64,000 nucleotides of DNA, from NCBI RefSeq assembly GCF_046119375.1, contig NW_027362769.1, positions 359,228,001 through 359,292,000 of the forward strand. Reading direction: 5' to 3'. Numbering within the stretch: position 1 is the stretch's first letter; each line of letters starts with the position of its first letter. The DNA is from Phyllobates terribilis. Taxonomy: Eukaryota. This document shows, piece after piece, positions 1-12,207 of this stretch. A program made the translations under genes and the position numbers. The notes under the pieces are model-generated. The model was not told where the DNA came from, ran no database searches, and was given only the letters and a program-made list of their open reading frames with translations.

Positions 1-196
1 GTTATGTAGGTGAATGGAGTTCTCACAATAGCAACCGAATGTAATAACATGTGTGTGTTTGTTCACAAAATTAATATGCTACATTATTTTATTGATTTTA
101 CAAAGAAAAGCATGAGGTTAAAGGAGGCCACATTTACTTACCACCATGGAGCACTTAAAAAAACCAAACAAACAAAAAAAACCTCATACTCTTTAA

Positions 197-3100
197 CCGG
201 TTCCCGACCGCCCACTGTAGATAAACGTCGGCGCTTGCGGGCTCTGTGCAGTGCCGACGTTTAAAAACAGTGGGTGGTCTCGCAGTGCTCAGGACCCCCA
301 GGGTCCTGCAAGCACTGCGATTCCGGTGCAGAGCGTTAGCTCTGACAGGGTACATCATCGGGACCTGATTAGATCAGGTCCCAGTGATGTTAACCCTTTG
401 CTGTCTTCTATATGCTGTGATCTTTAGTGATCGCGGCATATAGGAGACAGCAGGAAGAGAGGGGGTCGTCCACTTACCTCCGAAGACCTCCGTTTCGTTT
501 GAGGACCTGGGGTTGCTATGGCAGCTGGAGGTCACATGACCGCCTCCAGCTCTGCCATATATGGTGTCCTTCCTGTCTGACTTCAGCCTGTATGTAGCTG
601 AAGTCAGACAGGAGACTCTGACTGAAACAGTCAGTGAAGATCTCATATAATGTAATATATGTGTATTACATTACATGAGATCAGTGATCAGAAAAATAAA
701 AATTAATGTCCCATACAGGGACTAAGTAAAAATGTAAAAAAAAGTAAAAAAAAAAGTTTTTAAACTATTAAAAAAAAAAAAACACAAAATAAATAAAAAT
801 AAATAAATAAAATATTAAACCAATAAATCCGTAAATTATTACAAAACCAAAAAAAGTACACATATTTGGTATCGACGCGTCCGAAACAACCCGAGCTATA
901 AAACTGTCACACTAATTAACTCCTTCTGTGCACACCGTAATAAAAATAAATAAAAAACGGAGCAAAAAAAATGCTTTTTCATCATATCGCCAAACAAAAA
1001 GTGGAAAAAAAATGCGATCAAAAAGCAGAATAGAAATAAAAATGGTACCACTGAAAACGTCATCTTGTTCCGCAAAAAAAAGCCGCCATACAGCTCCATC
1101 AGCCAAAAAATAAAAAAGTTATAGCGCTCAGAATAAAGCAATGCAAAAAAAATATTTTTTTTTCTATAAAATTGTTTTATTGTGTAAAAGCGCCAAAACA
1201 TAAAAAAATACAGTAAGTGTAGTATCGCTGTAAACGTACTGACCCGAAGAATAACGCTGCCTGATCACTTTTACCACACGCAGAACGGCATAAAAAAAAC
1301 TCAAAAAACAATTCCTGAAGTGTTTGTTTTTGTTAACTTTACCTCCCAAAAAACGGAATAGAAAGCGATCAAAAAATGTCACGTGCCCAAAAATGGTTCC
1401 AATAAAAATTTCAACTCGTCCCGCAAAAAACAAGCCGTCACATGACTCTATCGGCCGAAATATGGAAAAATTATAGCTCTCAAAATATGGTGATGCAAAA
1501 ACTAGATTTTGCAAAAAAAAGCGTATTTTAGTGTGTGACAGCTGTCAGTCATAAAAACCCGATATAAATCTGGTATCTCTGTAATCGCACCGACCCGAGA
1601 TATCACACTAGGAACGGCATAAAAAATAAATAAAACCAATTCTTCACCTGCTACTGATTTGTTTATTATGTCTCCCAAAGATCCCAGTAAGGCTCTGCTC
1701 ACATTTATCCTGTGCTCTGCGCTGAGCACTTACACCAGAGTTTCCGTGTAAATATCTGAAATACGTGATTCAGCCAGAACCCATGATGGAAGATTCCCTG
1801 TAATGAGGCAGATATAGGCCACTGTGGATGCCGTCTGGCCTGGGATCCCACGGTGTCATTTGTTTTAGGCGCGCATAAAAGTGCGGTTGGCCACAGTTTT
1901 GTGCACTTCTGAAAAAAAGGACACCGCTACACAGAGGCCAGACGGAGTCCAGAGTAACTCTGCTGCCTCATTACAGTGAATGGATCCTGCAGGGGTTTCA
2001 TCTGAATTACATCACTTGGAAAATTAGATGGAAACCCCGATGTAAGTGCTCAGCCTAGAGCGCCGGATAAATGTTACGTAAAATGTTCCCAATAAAAGCT
2101 TCAACTCAGTCCTCAAAAAAAGCTAGTCCCCACTCAGGTCCATCATCTGTTAAAAATATAAGGGACTTCCAAGTTACTGGTAGCAGAAAGGCTCTGGAAA
2201 AGCAAAATGGTCCTTGCCCCCCAAAAGAAATTCAGAAAATTTTGTGCTCCCAAATCCAAATGCCTATTCTACAATAATTTGTTCTCCAATTGTCAAATAG
2301 CGCTCCTTCCCACTCAAATCTCACCGTATGGCTAAGTGGTACGATACAGCCACATATGGGGTATTGACACTTTTAGAAGAAATTGTGTGACACATTTCGG
2401 CACCATTTTTACCCATTGCCCTGTGTGAAAATGTAAAATCTGAGGGTAAAACATTTTTTTGTGGTAAAAATATAATTATGCTTTTTTCACTGCCCAATGG
2501 TATAAATTAAAAAATTAAAAAATGCTCACTACTTCCCTAGATGAATTCCTTGAGAGGTGTAGTTTACAAAATGGGGTCACTTGTGGGGGTTTCTGCTGTT
2601 TTGGCATGTCAGCGACTCTTCAAATGTAGCATGGTGTCTGCTGCCTATCCCAGCCAACATAGCGCTTCTTTCTCTTCCGAACCCTGCCGTACACCAAAGC
2701 AGTGGTTTTTCCCCACATATGGGGTATCGGCGTACTCAGGAGAAATTGTACAACAAATTTCATGGTGCAATTTATCCTGTTACCCTTATGATAATGCAAA
2801 ATTAGCGAATGAAAAACATTTTTTATGGGAAAAATGTGAAAATTTTATTTTTACGGCTCAATATTATAAACTTCTGTGAAGCAGCTGGGGGTGCAAGGTG
2901 CTCACCACACATCTAGATAAGTTCCCTAAGGGGTCTAGTTTCCAAAATGGTGGCACTTGTGGGGGGTTTCCACTGTTTAGGCACATTAGGGGCTCCCCAA
3001 ATGTGACATGGCGTCCGCTAATTATTCAAACAAATTTTACATTCAAAAAGTCAAATGGCGCTCCTTCCCTTTCAAACCCTGCCATGCGCCCAAACAGTAA

Positions 3101-4239
3101 TTTGCCTCCACATATGGGGTATCGGCGTGTTCAGGAGAAATTGCATAACAAATTTCATGGTGCAATTTATCCTATTACCCTTATGATAATGCAAAATTAA
3201 GGGATGAAAAACGGTTTTGTGGGAAAAATATGAAAATTTTATTTTTACAGCTCAATATTATAAACTTCTGTGAAGCACCTTGGGGTTCAAGGTGCTCACC
3301 ACACATCTAGATAAGTTCCCTAAGGGGTCTAGTTTCCAAAATGGTGTCACTTGTGGGGGGGTTTCCACTGTTTAGGCACATCAGGAGCTCTCCAAACGCA
3401 ACATGGCGTCCGCTAATTATTCAGACAAATTTTACATTCAAAAAGTCTAATGGCGCTCCTTCCCTTCCGAACCCTGCCGTGCGCCCAAACAGTGGTTTTC
3501 CCTCACATATGGGGTATCAGCACGCTCAAGAGAAATTGCACAAAAAAATTTGGGGTCCATTTTTTCATGTTACCCCTGTGAAAATAAAAAAATTGGGTCT
3601 AAAGTAACATTTTTGTGAAAAAAGTTAAATGTTAATTTTTTTCTTCCACATTCCAAAAATTCCTGTGAAGCACCTGAAGGGTTAATAAAGTTCTTGAATG
3701 TGGTTTTGAGCACCTTGAGGGGTGCAGTTTTTAGAATGGTGTCACTTTTGGGTATTTTCTGTCATAAAGACCCCTCAAAGTGACTTCAAATATGATGTGG
3801 TCCCTAAAAAAATGTTTTTGTAAATTTTGTTGGAAAAATGAGAAATCGCTGGTCAACTTTTAACCCTTATAGCTCCCTAACAAAAAAAAATTTGGGTTCC
3901 AAAATTGTGCTGGTGTAAAGTAGACATGTGGGAAATGTTATTTATTAACTATTTTGTGTGACATATCTCTCTGATTTAAGGGCATGAAAATTCAAAGTTT
4001 GAAAATTGCAAAATTTTCAAAATTTTCGCCAAATTTCCGATTTTTTCACAAATAAACGCAAGTGATATCGAAGAAATTTTACCACTATCATGAAGTACAA
4101 TATGTCACGAAAAAACAATCTCAGAATCAGGGGAATACGTTGAAGCGTTCCAGGGTAATTACTTCATAAACTGGCAGTGGTCAGAATTGAAAAAATTGGC
4201 CTGGTCACGAAGGCAAAAACAGGCTCTGGCGCGAAGTGG
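197..4239 (+). mobile_element. Non-autonomous TTAA-specific DNA transposon (piggyBac-like), about 4.0 kb, in a COG7 intron
   Basis: Flanked by TTAA at 193-196 and 4240-4243. Imperfect TIRs: CCGGTTCCCGACC at the left end and CCACTTCGCGCC as reverse complement of the right end. Internal ~380-bp direct repeats start near 2570, 2943 and 3337. No transposase ORF. Homologous in reverse orientation to 9261-13210. Confidence 0.6.
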
Positions 4240-4507
4240 TTAACTGGACAGGAGCCGATCCGCCATACTCAGTGCTGTCCCACTCCCCATTGGTCTCCTG
4301 GTATGTTCAGTGGGAGGTCATGTGACCACTGCAGCCAATCAGCAGTCAAGTGATGCTTTCACTGGATGTTGATGCCAGGAGATCTCCAGGGAACACAACA
4401 CTGAGTAGAGAGAAATGATGGTGTTCTGGGAGGTGAGTTTCAATTCTTTTTATTCTTAAACCAACCTGGGATCACCAAGATTGCTAAATAATAAACAAGC
4501 ACTTTAA

Positions 4508-5052
4508 AGCACACCTGTCACCAGAATTGTGCTCAATAAACTTCATACACTGTCAGGTGGGTGACATTACACTGATTAAAATGATACCTTGGTTGATGAA
4601 ATCTGTCCTGTGGTTCTTGTGCAATCTTTACTTTCAGTTTGGAGATAATGATATGCTCGTGCACCGAGGTGGACTGTGGGGGGGGGGGGCGCTCTATCTG
4701 GTGCTCTACTTACATATTCATCTGTATGCTCTTATGACAGCTCACTGTGCCTTCACTGACCTGCCTCCTATTTTACCTAGCCCCACACTACTAGATGTAT
4801 TATGTAAAATAGAAGGCACAGTGAGCTGTCATAAGAGCATACAGATGAATATGTAAGCAGAGCACCAGATAGGACGCCCCCCACAGGCTGCCCCGGAGCA
4901 CGGGCATATCATAATCTCCGAACTGAACGTAAAGATTACAAAAGAACCACAGGATGGATTTCTTCAACCAAGGTATCATTTTATTTAGTGTAATGGCACC
5001 CACCTGACAGTGTATGTAGTTTACTGAGCACAATCCTGCTGACAGGTGCGCT
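4508..5052. mobile_element. Palindromic TTAA MITE (T2/Kolobok-like)
   Basis: TTAA flanks at 4504-4507 and 5053-5056. TIRs AGCACACCTGTCA / TGACAGGTGCGCT. The two halves are inverted homologues, since the ORFs 4527+ and 4800- translate to near-identical peptides. Confidence 0.7.
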
Positions 5053-5056
5053 TTAA

Positions 5057-5612
5057 AGGGGTTTTCCCACAAAAGAAAAGTTTATTTTAATCAATAGATC
5101 TTGGAATAATAATAATAATAATAATAATAATATGTTCCACAATTGGATGTGTTTAAAAAAAATTGTTCCTGTGCTGAAATAATCTTATAAATGTGTCCCT
5201 GCTGTGTCTCACTGTGCAGGAACATGGTCTGATCATACCACAGCTCCTGGGCAGGAGAGGAAGCAAAAGAGTATACAGACATTACAGCAGGGGATCACAG
5301 CTGATTATTTTTGTGAGGCAAAACATTTCTTGCCTGTTTTTAAACAATGTTTTACTTCAAAGAAATAATCAGTTGCAATCCTCTTCTGTAATATCTGTAT
5401 ACACTTTTGCTTCCCCTTGCACAACAGATGTGGTATGATCAGAACATGTTCCTGCACGGTCAGACACAGCCTTTACACAGTACACAGCAGGGGCACATTT
5501 ATAAGATTATCTCAGCACAGGAACATTTTACTTAAATATATTAAATTGTGGAAATTATCATCATTCCAAGATCTATTGATTAAAATGAACTTTTGTTTGT
5601 GGGAAAAACCCT
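5057..5612. mobile_element. T2-type MITE abutting the previous MITE
   Basis: TIRs AGGGGTTTTCCCACAAA / TTTGTGGGAAAAACCCT. Left TTAA is shared with the previous MITE; right flank is TTAG. Long inverted subterminal homology. Confidence 0.65.
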
Positions 5613-6247
5613 TTAGCAATGCTGTCCCCAGCATTCACATGCGTACACAAAATGTATCAGCTTGATCAGGACAAAAGCGCAAAGGGTGCTGGGAGTTATA
5701 ATGTCATAACAGCTGGAGAACTACAGGTTATACATCACTAAGATTGCACATAAGATGGCTGTCAGCCAAGAACAATATTTCCAGATGGACCTCCAAAAAC
5801 ATGCACGATCAGTTTAGCCAAGCATGCATGTGCTCTGTATGTGGAGAGGGAAATGCACTGCTGAGAGATATTGTTGGCAGCAGCTTGTCTCTAGGGAGAA
5901 AAAAAAGGATTGTATCTTCAACTTAAAAGTAATGTGTCATCAGATAATGACCTATTGTTTAAATCAGGTTTTCAAGTCAAATTTTTAAAAATGTTAGATA
6001 TTTATGGAAACCTGAAAAACATATTTATCTACACTCCTCAATATTGAAATTAAAATTCCAAGAAGGAAAGGGATGATTCCGTAATCCTTGGAAGTTGTTC
6101 AATGTGACAATGTGGCCCAAAGACTAAAAAACATTGTGCATCCCTGCATTAGATAGTTGACCTGTCCCTCTAAAATTGGTGGGTTTGGCTGACTTCACTC
6201 TAATGTGTACAGGAACATTTACACTGACAAGCTGGTGTCTTACACAC

Positions 6248-6413
6248 CTTCAACTGAGTTGTTGACCTCCTGGATGAAGAGCTGCAGTTTCATAACCAGG
6301 GTTGCAGCGTGTGCATCCACCTTCCCTGGAGCATCTTTCTGTACGGACTTAAAAGCAGCATTCACCCAATCCTTCACCTCAAAGTCATCGGCGAGGAACC
6401 TCGAGAAATCCAT
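6248..6413 (-). CDS. COG7: Conserved oligomeric Golgi complex subunit 7, first coding exon (rest of gene lies left of the window)
   Basis: Not in the ORF track. Manual translation gives [55 protein letters not shown]+G, matching the vertebrate COG7 N-terminus (human [21 protein letters not shown]...[21 protein letters not shown]). It ends at a phase-1 GT donor at the position homologous to the human exon 1 end. An upstream acceptor TTTTTCTCAG places the exon start at 6430. Confidence 0.95.
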
Positions 6414-6836
6414 CCTGCAGGGAAGGTCAGCTGAGAAAAATAGGAATGTTATTTACACAGTAAAATGCCTTAGGGACTTGGTAAAAATGGAAGGGAGCAT
6501 TCTAAAATAAGACAAGGAGGAATACGCACCTTCTGTGACCCCCTTTTGCTCCAAAGAAGGAGGCTCAGGTGGTCAGCTCCAGAACAGGAAAAGATGATGC
6601 CCCATTCCTCAGCCTCCTGACTGTTGAGGCCAGTGATGGACATTGCTGGAGTCAATGGGAAAAAAGCCTGCCTTATCTTACAAAATACTCAGTAAGTTGA
6701 CAACCCCTTAGGTTTTTTTTTAAATATTAGTGCAGATACCAGTGATCAAGGAGGGGAGGAAGCTCTCAGAATTGGTGGCAGTCATTCTATTGATAACACT
6801 ACACTTATCCCCTTCCTAGCCTGATATAGTAGTTAA

Positions 6837-7276
6837 AAGGTTATTCCCCTCCTCATACAAGGGAATTGTGTAAATACAAGCACTTTTGCAATTTGCTGCT
6901 TATTAATATTCTCAGATGTTCTTGAGATATTACCTCTTTTGTATACACCTTGTTGCCTTGGAGACCGACCACCGCTGCCAGACAACAGAACATGCGCTGT
7001 GCTCATAAGCCTTTATCTACTGAGCTGTTGACCACTGCTTTGAAGCTGGTCAGGATCCTGACAGAATACTGCTACCTCCATGTCTCATCCAGCTTCAGCA
7101 CAGCGCTTACAAACTAGACAGCAGCAGGGGTCGGTCTCCTAGGCAACGAGCTGTACACAAAAGAAAAAAGTGTTAATATCTCAAGAACGGCTGCAAAACA
7201 AAATAAACAGTAAATTGCAAAAGTGTTTGTTTTTCCAAGCTCTATCCGACAATATCCATCGATGAAGAATAACCCT
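6837..7276. mobile_element. T2-type palindromic MITE
   Basis: TTAA at 6833-6836, then AAGGTTATTC; right end GAATAACCCT. Internal inverted homologies such as CTTGAGATATTA/TAATATCTCAAG and GGAGACCGACC/GGTCGGTCTCC. Confidence 0.6.
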
Positions 7277-7939
7277 ATAACTAAGTGCAATGGCTTACGT
7301 TACCCTGCTGTCCTATTCTGCACCGATGGGATCCACTTTCATTACTGACACAAACTAATTGATGCGCACAAGAACTAATAGTGTGGAGGAGTAAATGTGA
7401 GGATTACAGCGTCGCTGCAATGTTCCTCTACTGTCCCATCTTCAGATAGAGCGAGAGACAAAACTGCATGTGAAACATTGGTCTCATGCCCAACAATTCA
7501 TTGATAGGGGCCATTCCAATAAATACGACCTGCGCAAAAAGGAAAGGCTGGAGAGCTCGTTCTCAGGGCTCCAGAGCAGCGATCTCAGGATTAGTGGGGG
7601 TCCAGACCCCCAGCGATAAGCAGGGTAGACCCTACCCTGTGCATATAGGGGATAACATGATTTTAGGGAGTTACCCTTTAATTAGAACAGGGCCAATGCA
7701 CGATATCCCCCAGGGCAGGTTAGTTATACTGTGGGCAGCTGCATCGGTCGGACACTGTATATGGGGGGCGAAAATGTATTCTGGACACTCAATGTCTTAT
7801 AAAGAGCACCCACAATACAAAGTATTGCACACCATGCATCGTTTTTTGTTATTCCAGGGACTTGTAGTCCTCCAAGAAGTGACAACATTCAAATAAGCAC
7901 ATTTATACAAAACAAACAGCGCCACATGCGGATACTTAC

Positions 7940-8025
7940 GAGAAAAGAAAGATGCCTAATCCAGACTGCCACTTTGCTTAATCCTTCGGTCTCTGTACAC
8001 ACTGCAGGCACTGCACTTCCGGGTT
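7940..8025 (-). other. COG7: Probable non-coding first exon of COG7
   Basis: Perfect minus-strand donor GTAAGT at 7939-7934, next to a CpG-rich promoter. The coding exon has an upstream acceptor, so a 5' UTR exon is required. The start site is approximate. Confidence 0.5.
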
Positions 8026-8090
8026 GGCCACGGGGGGGGGGAGGGGGGAACCATGGTGACACGACGCGTGACGTCCCTTCCGTTGTCCAT
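8010..8090. promoter_or_regulatory. CpG-rich housekeeping-type promoter (COG7)
   Basis: ETS/GABP motif CACTTCCGG at 8014-8022, a CRE-like GTGACGTC near 8068, a second CTTCCG, and local CpG enrichment. Confidence 0.55.
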
Positions 8091-8454
8091 TCAGTTTATG
8101 CATCCCTCGGAACTTATACCGCTGACATTCGTTCCGCTCTAGTTCTCACTGCTGTTTTTGGTTTAGTTCTCGCTTTACTGCTCGTGTCCTGCGGGTGTGA
8201 CCTGAGGAAAGCCCCTATATTTAGTGCAGAAACACGAGCCTTGTGGTGTGTTCACTCTGCTGTGTGGGGTGCAGAGGAGGACGTGTAGATACACACACAC
8301 TTTCCTTTGCATTTCTTGTCTATTTAATATTTTTTGGGATAATGTTCCATCCTATAATAGGATAAACATCTGAGGAATAACCAGAGTGTGTTATTTTTTT
8401 GTTTATTTCTGTAAGAGCAACACCTTTTCCATTTTTTGTTAAACTTTTTGCCAA

Positions 8455-8700
8455 TTAATAGATTTGTCACAGAACAAGTGGTGTGGCCATTTCTCCAAAA
8501 TGTCTCAGGAGACATTTGTTGCCATGACAACCACAGACCGCATGTTGCTCATGCTACTGCAAGCTGCCTGCGTGGCCTATATGTGCTCCGTGGGTGCAAT
8601 GTCTCTGACTTGTCTCACTTTGAGCACATCTGAAACGTCATTGGTTGAGAATGAAAAGCAGCTGCCAGCAGCAGATCTTGATGATTTGCCAAAGTGCATT
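8455..8700 (+). mobile_element. Degenerate Tc1/mariner transposase fragment
   Basis: Translates to ...VWPFLQNVSGDICCHDNHRPHVAH...SDLSHFEHI, resembling the Tc1 C-terminal motifs FQQDNARPH and SPDLSPIEH. Confidence 0.7.
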
Positions 8701-10089
8701 CAGCGGCAGAACTTTCCTCAGACAACCATTAATGACCTCAGTGATAGCAGCCGAGGCTGGAAGTGCCGGGATTTCTGCTCATACTCTTTAATGAATAAAT
8801 TGAGATGTTTTCAAAATTTTAAACCCTCACGCCACCCCCAATTTCCATTTCTGCATTTTCCTTTTTCTCTCTCCTTTTTCCCAGAGCCATAACTTTTTGT
8901 TTTAGTTTTCTGTCCCCATAGACATATGAGGGCTTGTTTATTTTTGGCAGGACGAGTTGTAGTTTTGAATGACATCATTCATTTTACTACATAATGTACT
9001 GAAAATGGGAAAAAAAATTCCAAATGGAAGAGAAATAGTGGAAAAAATGCAATTCTGACATTGTTATTTTTAAAATTGTTTTTACAGTGTATATTTTGTG
9101 GTAAAAATAACCTGGCAGCATGATTCTGCTCATCAGTACGATTACGGCGATACCAAAAATGTCCAGTTTTTGTTATAATTATTTTTCTTTTATTGCAGGA
9201 GATCGTTGGCTTCAGCTGGAATGGGCGTGATGGTAAGTAGAGTTTAATTTAGAACATTAACCCCTTAAGCCCCGAGGGTGGTTTGCACGTTAATGACCAG
9301 GCCAATTTTTTCAATTCTGACCACTGTCACTTTATGAGGTAATTACTCTGGAACGCTTCAACGGATCCCCCTGATTCTGAGATTGTTTTTTCGTGACATA
9401 TTGTACTTCATGATTGTGGAAAAATTTCTTCGATATCACTTGCGTTTATTTGTGAAAAAAACGGAAATTTGGCGAAAATTTTGAAATTTTCAAAATTTGA
9501 ATTTTTAAGCCCTGAAATCAGAGAGATATGTCACACAAAAGAGTTAATAAATAACATTTCCCACATGTCTACTTTACATCAGCACAATTTTGGAACCAAA
9601 ATTTTTTTTTGTTAGGGAGCTATAAGGGTTAAAAGTTGACCAGCGATTTCTCATTTTTCCAACAAAATTTACAAAACCATTTTTTTAGGGACCACATCAC
9701 ATTTGAAGTCACTTTGAGAGGTCTTTATGACAGAAAATACCCAAAAGTGACACCATTCTAAAAACTGCACTCCTCAAGGTGCTCAAAACCACATTCAAGA
9801 ACTTTATTAACCCTTCAGGTGCTTCACAGGAATTTTTTGAATGTGGAAGAAAAAAATGAACATTTAACTTTTTTCACAAAAATGTTACTTTAGACCCAAT
9901 TTTTTTTATTTTCACAGGGGTAACAAGAAAAAATGGACCCCAAAATTTGTTGTGCAATTTCCCCTGGGCACACAGATACCCAATATTTGGGGAAAAAACA
10001 CTGTTTGGGCGCACGGCAGGGCTCGGAAGGGAAGGAGCGCCATTTGACTTTTTGATTGTAAAATTTGCTTGAATAATTAGCGGACGCCA

Positions 10090-11640
10090 TGTTGTGTTTA
10101 GAGAGCCCCTGTGTGCCCAAACTTTGGAGCTCCCCCACAAGTGACCCCATTTTGGAAACTAGAGCCCCCAAGGCACCTTTCTAGATGCATAGTGAGCACT
10201 TGGAACCCCCAGGTGCTTCACAAATTGATTCGTAAAAATGAAAAAGTGAAAAAAAAAACACTTTTTCATTTTTGCGAATCAATTTGTGAAGCACCTGGGG
10301 CTTCCAAGTGCTCACTATGCATCTAGATAGGTGCCTTGGGGGGTCTAGTTTCCAAAATGGGGTCACTTGTGGGGGAGCTCCAATGTTTGGGCACACAGGG
10401 ACTCTCCAAATGCAACATGGTATCCGCTAACAAATTGAATGGAAAATCGGCTCAAATTGTTAGCGGACACCACGTTGCGTTTGGAGAGCCCCTCTGTGCC
10501 CAAACTTTGGAGCTCCCCCACAAGTGACCCCATTTTGGAAACTAGACCCCCCAAGGCACCTTTCTAGATGCATAGTGAGCACTTGGAACCCCCAGGTGCT
10601 TCACAAATTGATTCGTAAAAATGAAAAAGTGAAAAAAAAAACACTTTTTCATTTTTGCGAATCAATTTGTGAAGCACCTGGGGCTTCCAAGTGCTCACTA
10701 TGCATCTAGATAGGTGCCTTGGGGGGTCTAGTTTCCAAAATGGGGTCACTTGTGGGGGAGCTCCAATGTTTGGGCACACAGGGACTCTCCAAATGCAACA
10801 TGGTATCCGCTAACAAATTGAATGGAAAATCGGCTCAAATTGTTAGCGGACACCACGTTGCGTTTGGAGAGCCCCTCTGTGCCCAAACTTTGGAGCTCCC
10901 CCACAAGTGACCCCATTTTGGAAACTAGACCCCCCAAGGCACCTTTCGAGATGCATAGTGAGCACTTGGAACCCCCAGGTGCTTCACAAATTGATTCGTA
11001 AAAATGAAAAAGTGAAAAAAAAAACACTTTTTCATTTTTATGAATCAATTTGTGAAGCACCTGGGGTTCCAAGTGCTCACTATGAATCTAGATAGGTGCC
11101 TTGGGGGGTCTAGTTTCCAAAATGGGGTCACTTGTGGGGGAGCTCCAAAATTTGGGCACACAGGGGCTCTCCAAACGCAACATGGTGTCCGCTAACAATT
11201 TGAGCCGACAATTTGTTAGCGGATATCATGTTGCATTTGGAGAGTCCCTGTGTGCCCAAACATTGGAGCTCCCCCACAAGTGACCCCATTTTGGAAACTA
11301 GACCCCCCAAGGCACCTATCTAGATTCATAGTGAGCACTTGGAACCCCAGGTGCTTCACAAATTGATTCATAAAAATGAAAATGTGTTTTTTTTTTCACT
11401 TTTTCATTTTTACGAATCAATTTGTGAAGCACCTGGGGGTTCCAAGTGCTCACTATGCATCTAGATAGGTGCCTTGGGGGGTCTAGTTTCCAAAATGGGG
11501 TCAATTGTGGGGGAGCTCCAAAGTTTGGGCACACAGGGGCTCTCCAAACGCAACATGGCGTCCGCTAACAATTTGAGCCGATTTTCCATTCAATTCGTTA
11601 GCGGACACCATGTCGCGTTTGGAGAGCCCGTGATGTGCCT
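10090..11640. repeat. Alternating inverted (palindromic) array with a 383-bp period
   Basis: GTGACCCCATTTTGGAAAC recurs at 10141, 10524 and 10907. Each unit is a fold-back of ~190-bp arms, and near-identical ORFs appear on both strands. Confidence 0.9.
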
Positions 11641-11791
11641 AAACAGTGGAGCTCCCCCACAAGTGTCCCCATTTTGGAAACTATACCCCTCAAGGATTTT
11701 ATTAAGGTGTATAGTGAACATTTTGAACCCAGAGGTACGGCACAGAATTTGTTTACATTAGGTCATCATATTGAATAAGTTGTCATTATTC

Positions 11792-12086
11792 TTGAGCGCA
11801 AGTGCTCGCTACTTGAGTTTGCATCGGGTACTCAGGTATGCACCATGTACAGCGTGTGCTCGAGTGACATGCTCGAGTCCCTGCTCCGCATGTTTCACGG
11901 TTATTAGACACCCAAAAAAAAACATGCGGGGATCGCTCGTGCATGGCAGGCAATCCCCGTAAAGTTTTTTGGCCGCGAAGCATATGGGGCGGAGACTCGA
12001 GCATGTCACTCAAATACCCACGATACTCAATGCATACCAGAGCACCCGATGCAAACTCAAGTAGCGAGCACTTGCGCTCAACACTA
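11792..12086. mobile_element. hAT-type MITE nested in the 9261-13210 element
   Basis: Inverted ends TTGAGCGCAAGTGCTCGCTAC...GTAGCGAGCACTTGCGCTCAACACTA. The left tip is truncated. Confidence 0.6.
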
Positions 12087-12128
12087 GTCGCCATATCGTC
12101 ATCTTTTTTTCTTACTTTTGAAAAAAAT

Positions 12129-12207
12129 CCCAACCCCAGCCCTAACCCTAGCCCCAGCACAACCCTAGCCCCAAACCCAGCCCTAACCCTAGCCCAATCC
12201 TAACCCA
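12129..12207 (+). repeat. Degenerate CCCTAA/CCCCAG hexamer tract
   Basis: Sequence such as CCCTAACCCTAGCCCCAG, located inside a transposon. Confidence 0.7.

Noticed and set aside
1-6247. Further COG7 exons
   Set aside because: I could not find the expected next peptide (ETSHQALQNMPK-like) on the minus strand, so it presumably lies left of the window.
9199-9232. 34-bp segment with perfect splice acceptor and donor (TTGCAG|...|GTAAGT)
   Set aside because: It lies amid transposon fragments where similar splice-like motifs recur (e.g. near 4430 and 25610). It has no partner exons or recognisable peptide, so RNA-seq would be needed.
12129-12207. Interstitial telomere candidate
   Set aside because: It is short, highly degenerate and internal to a transposon.
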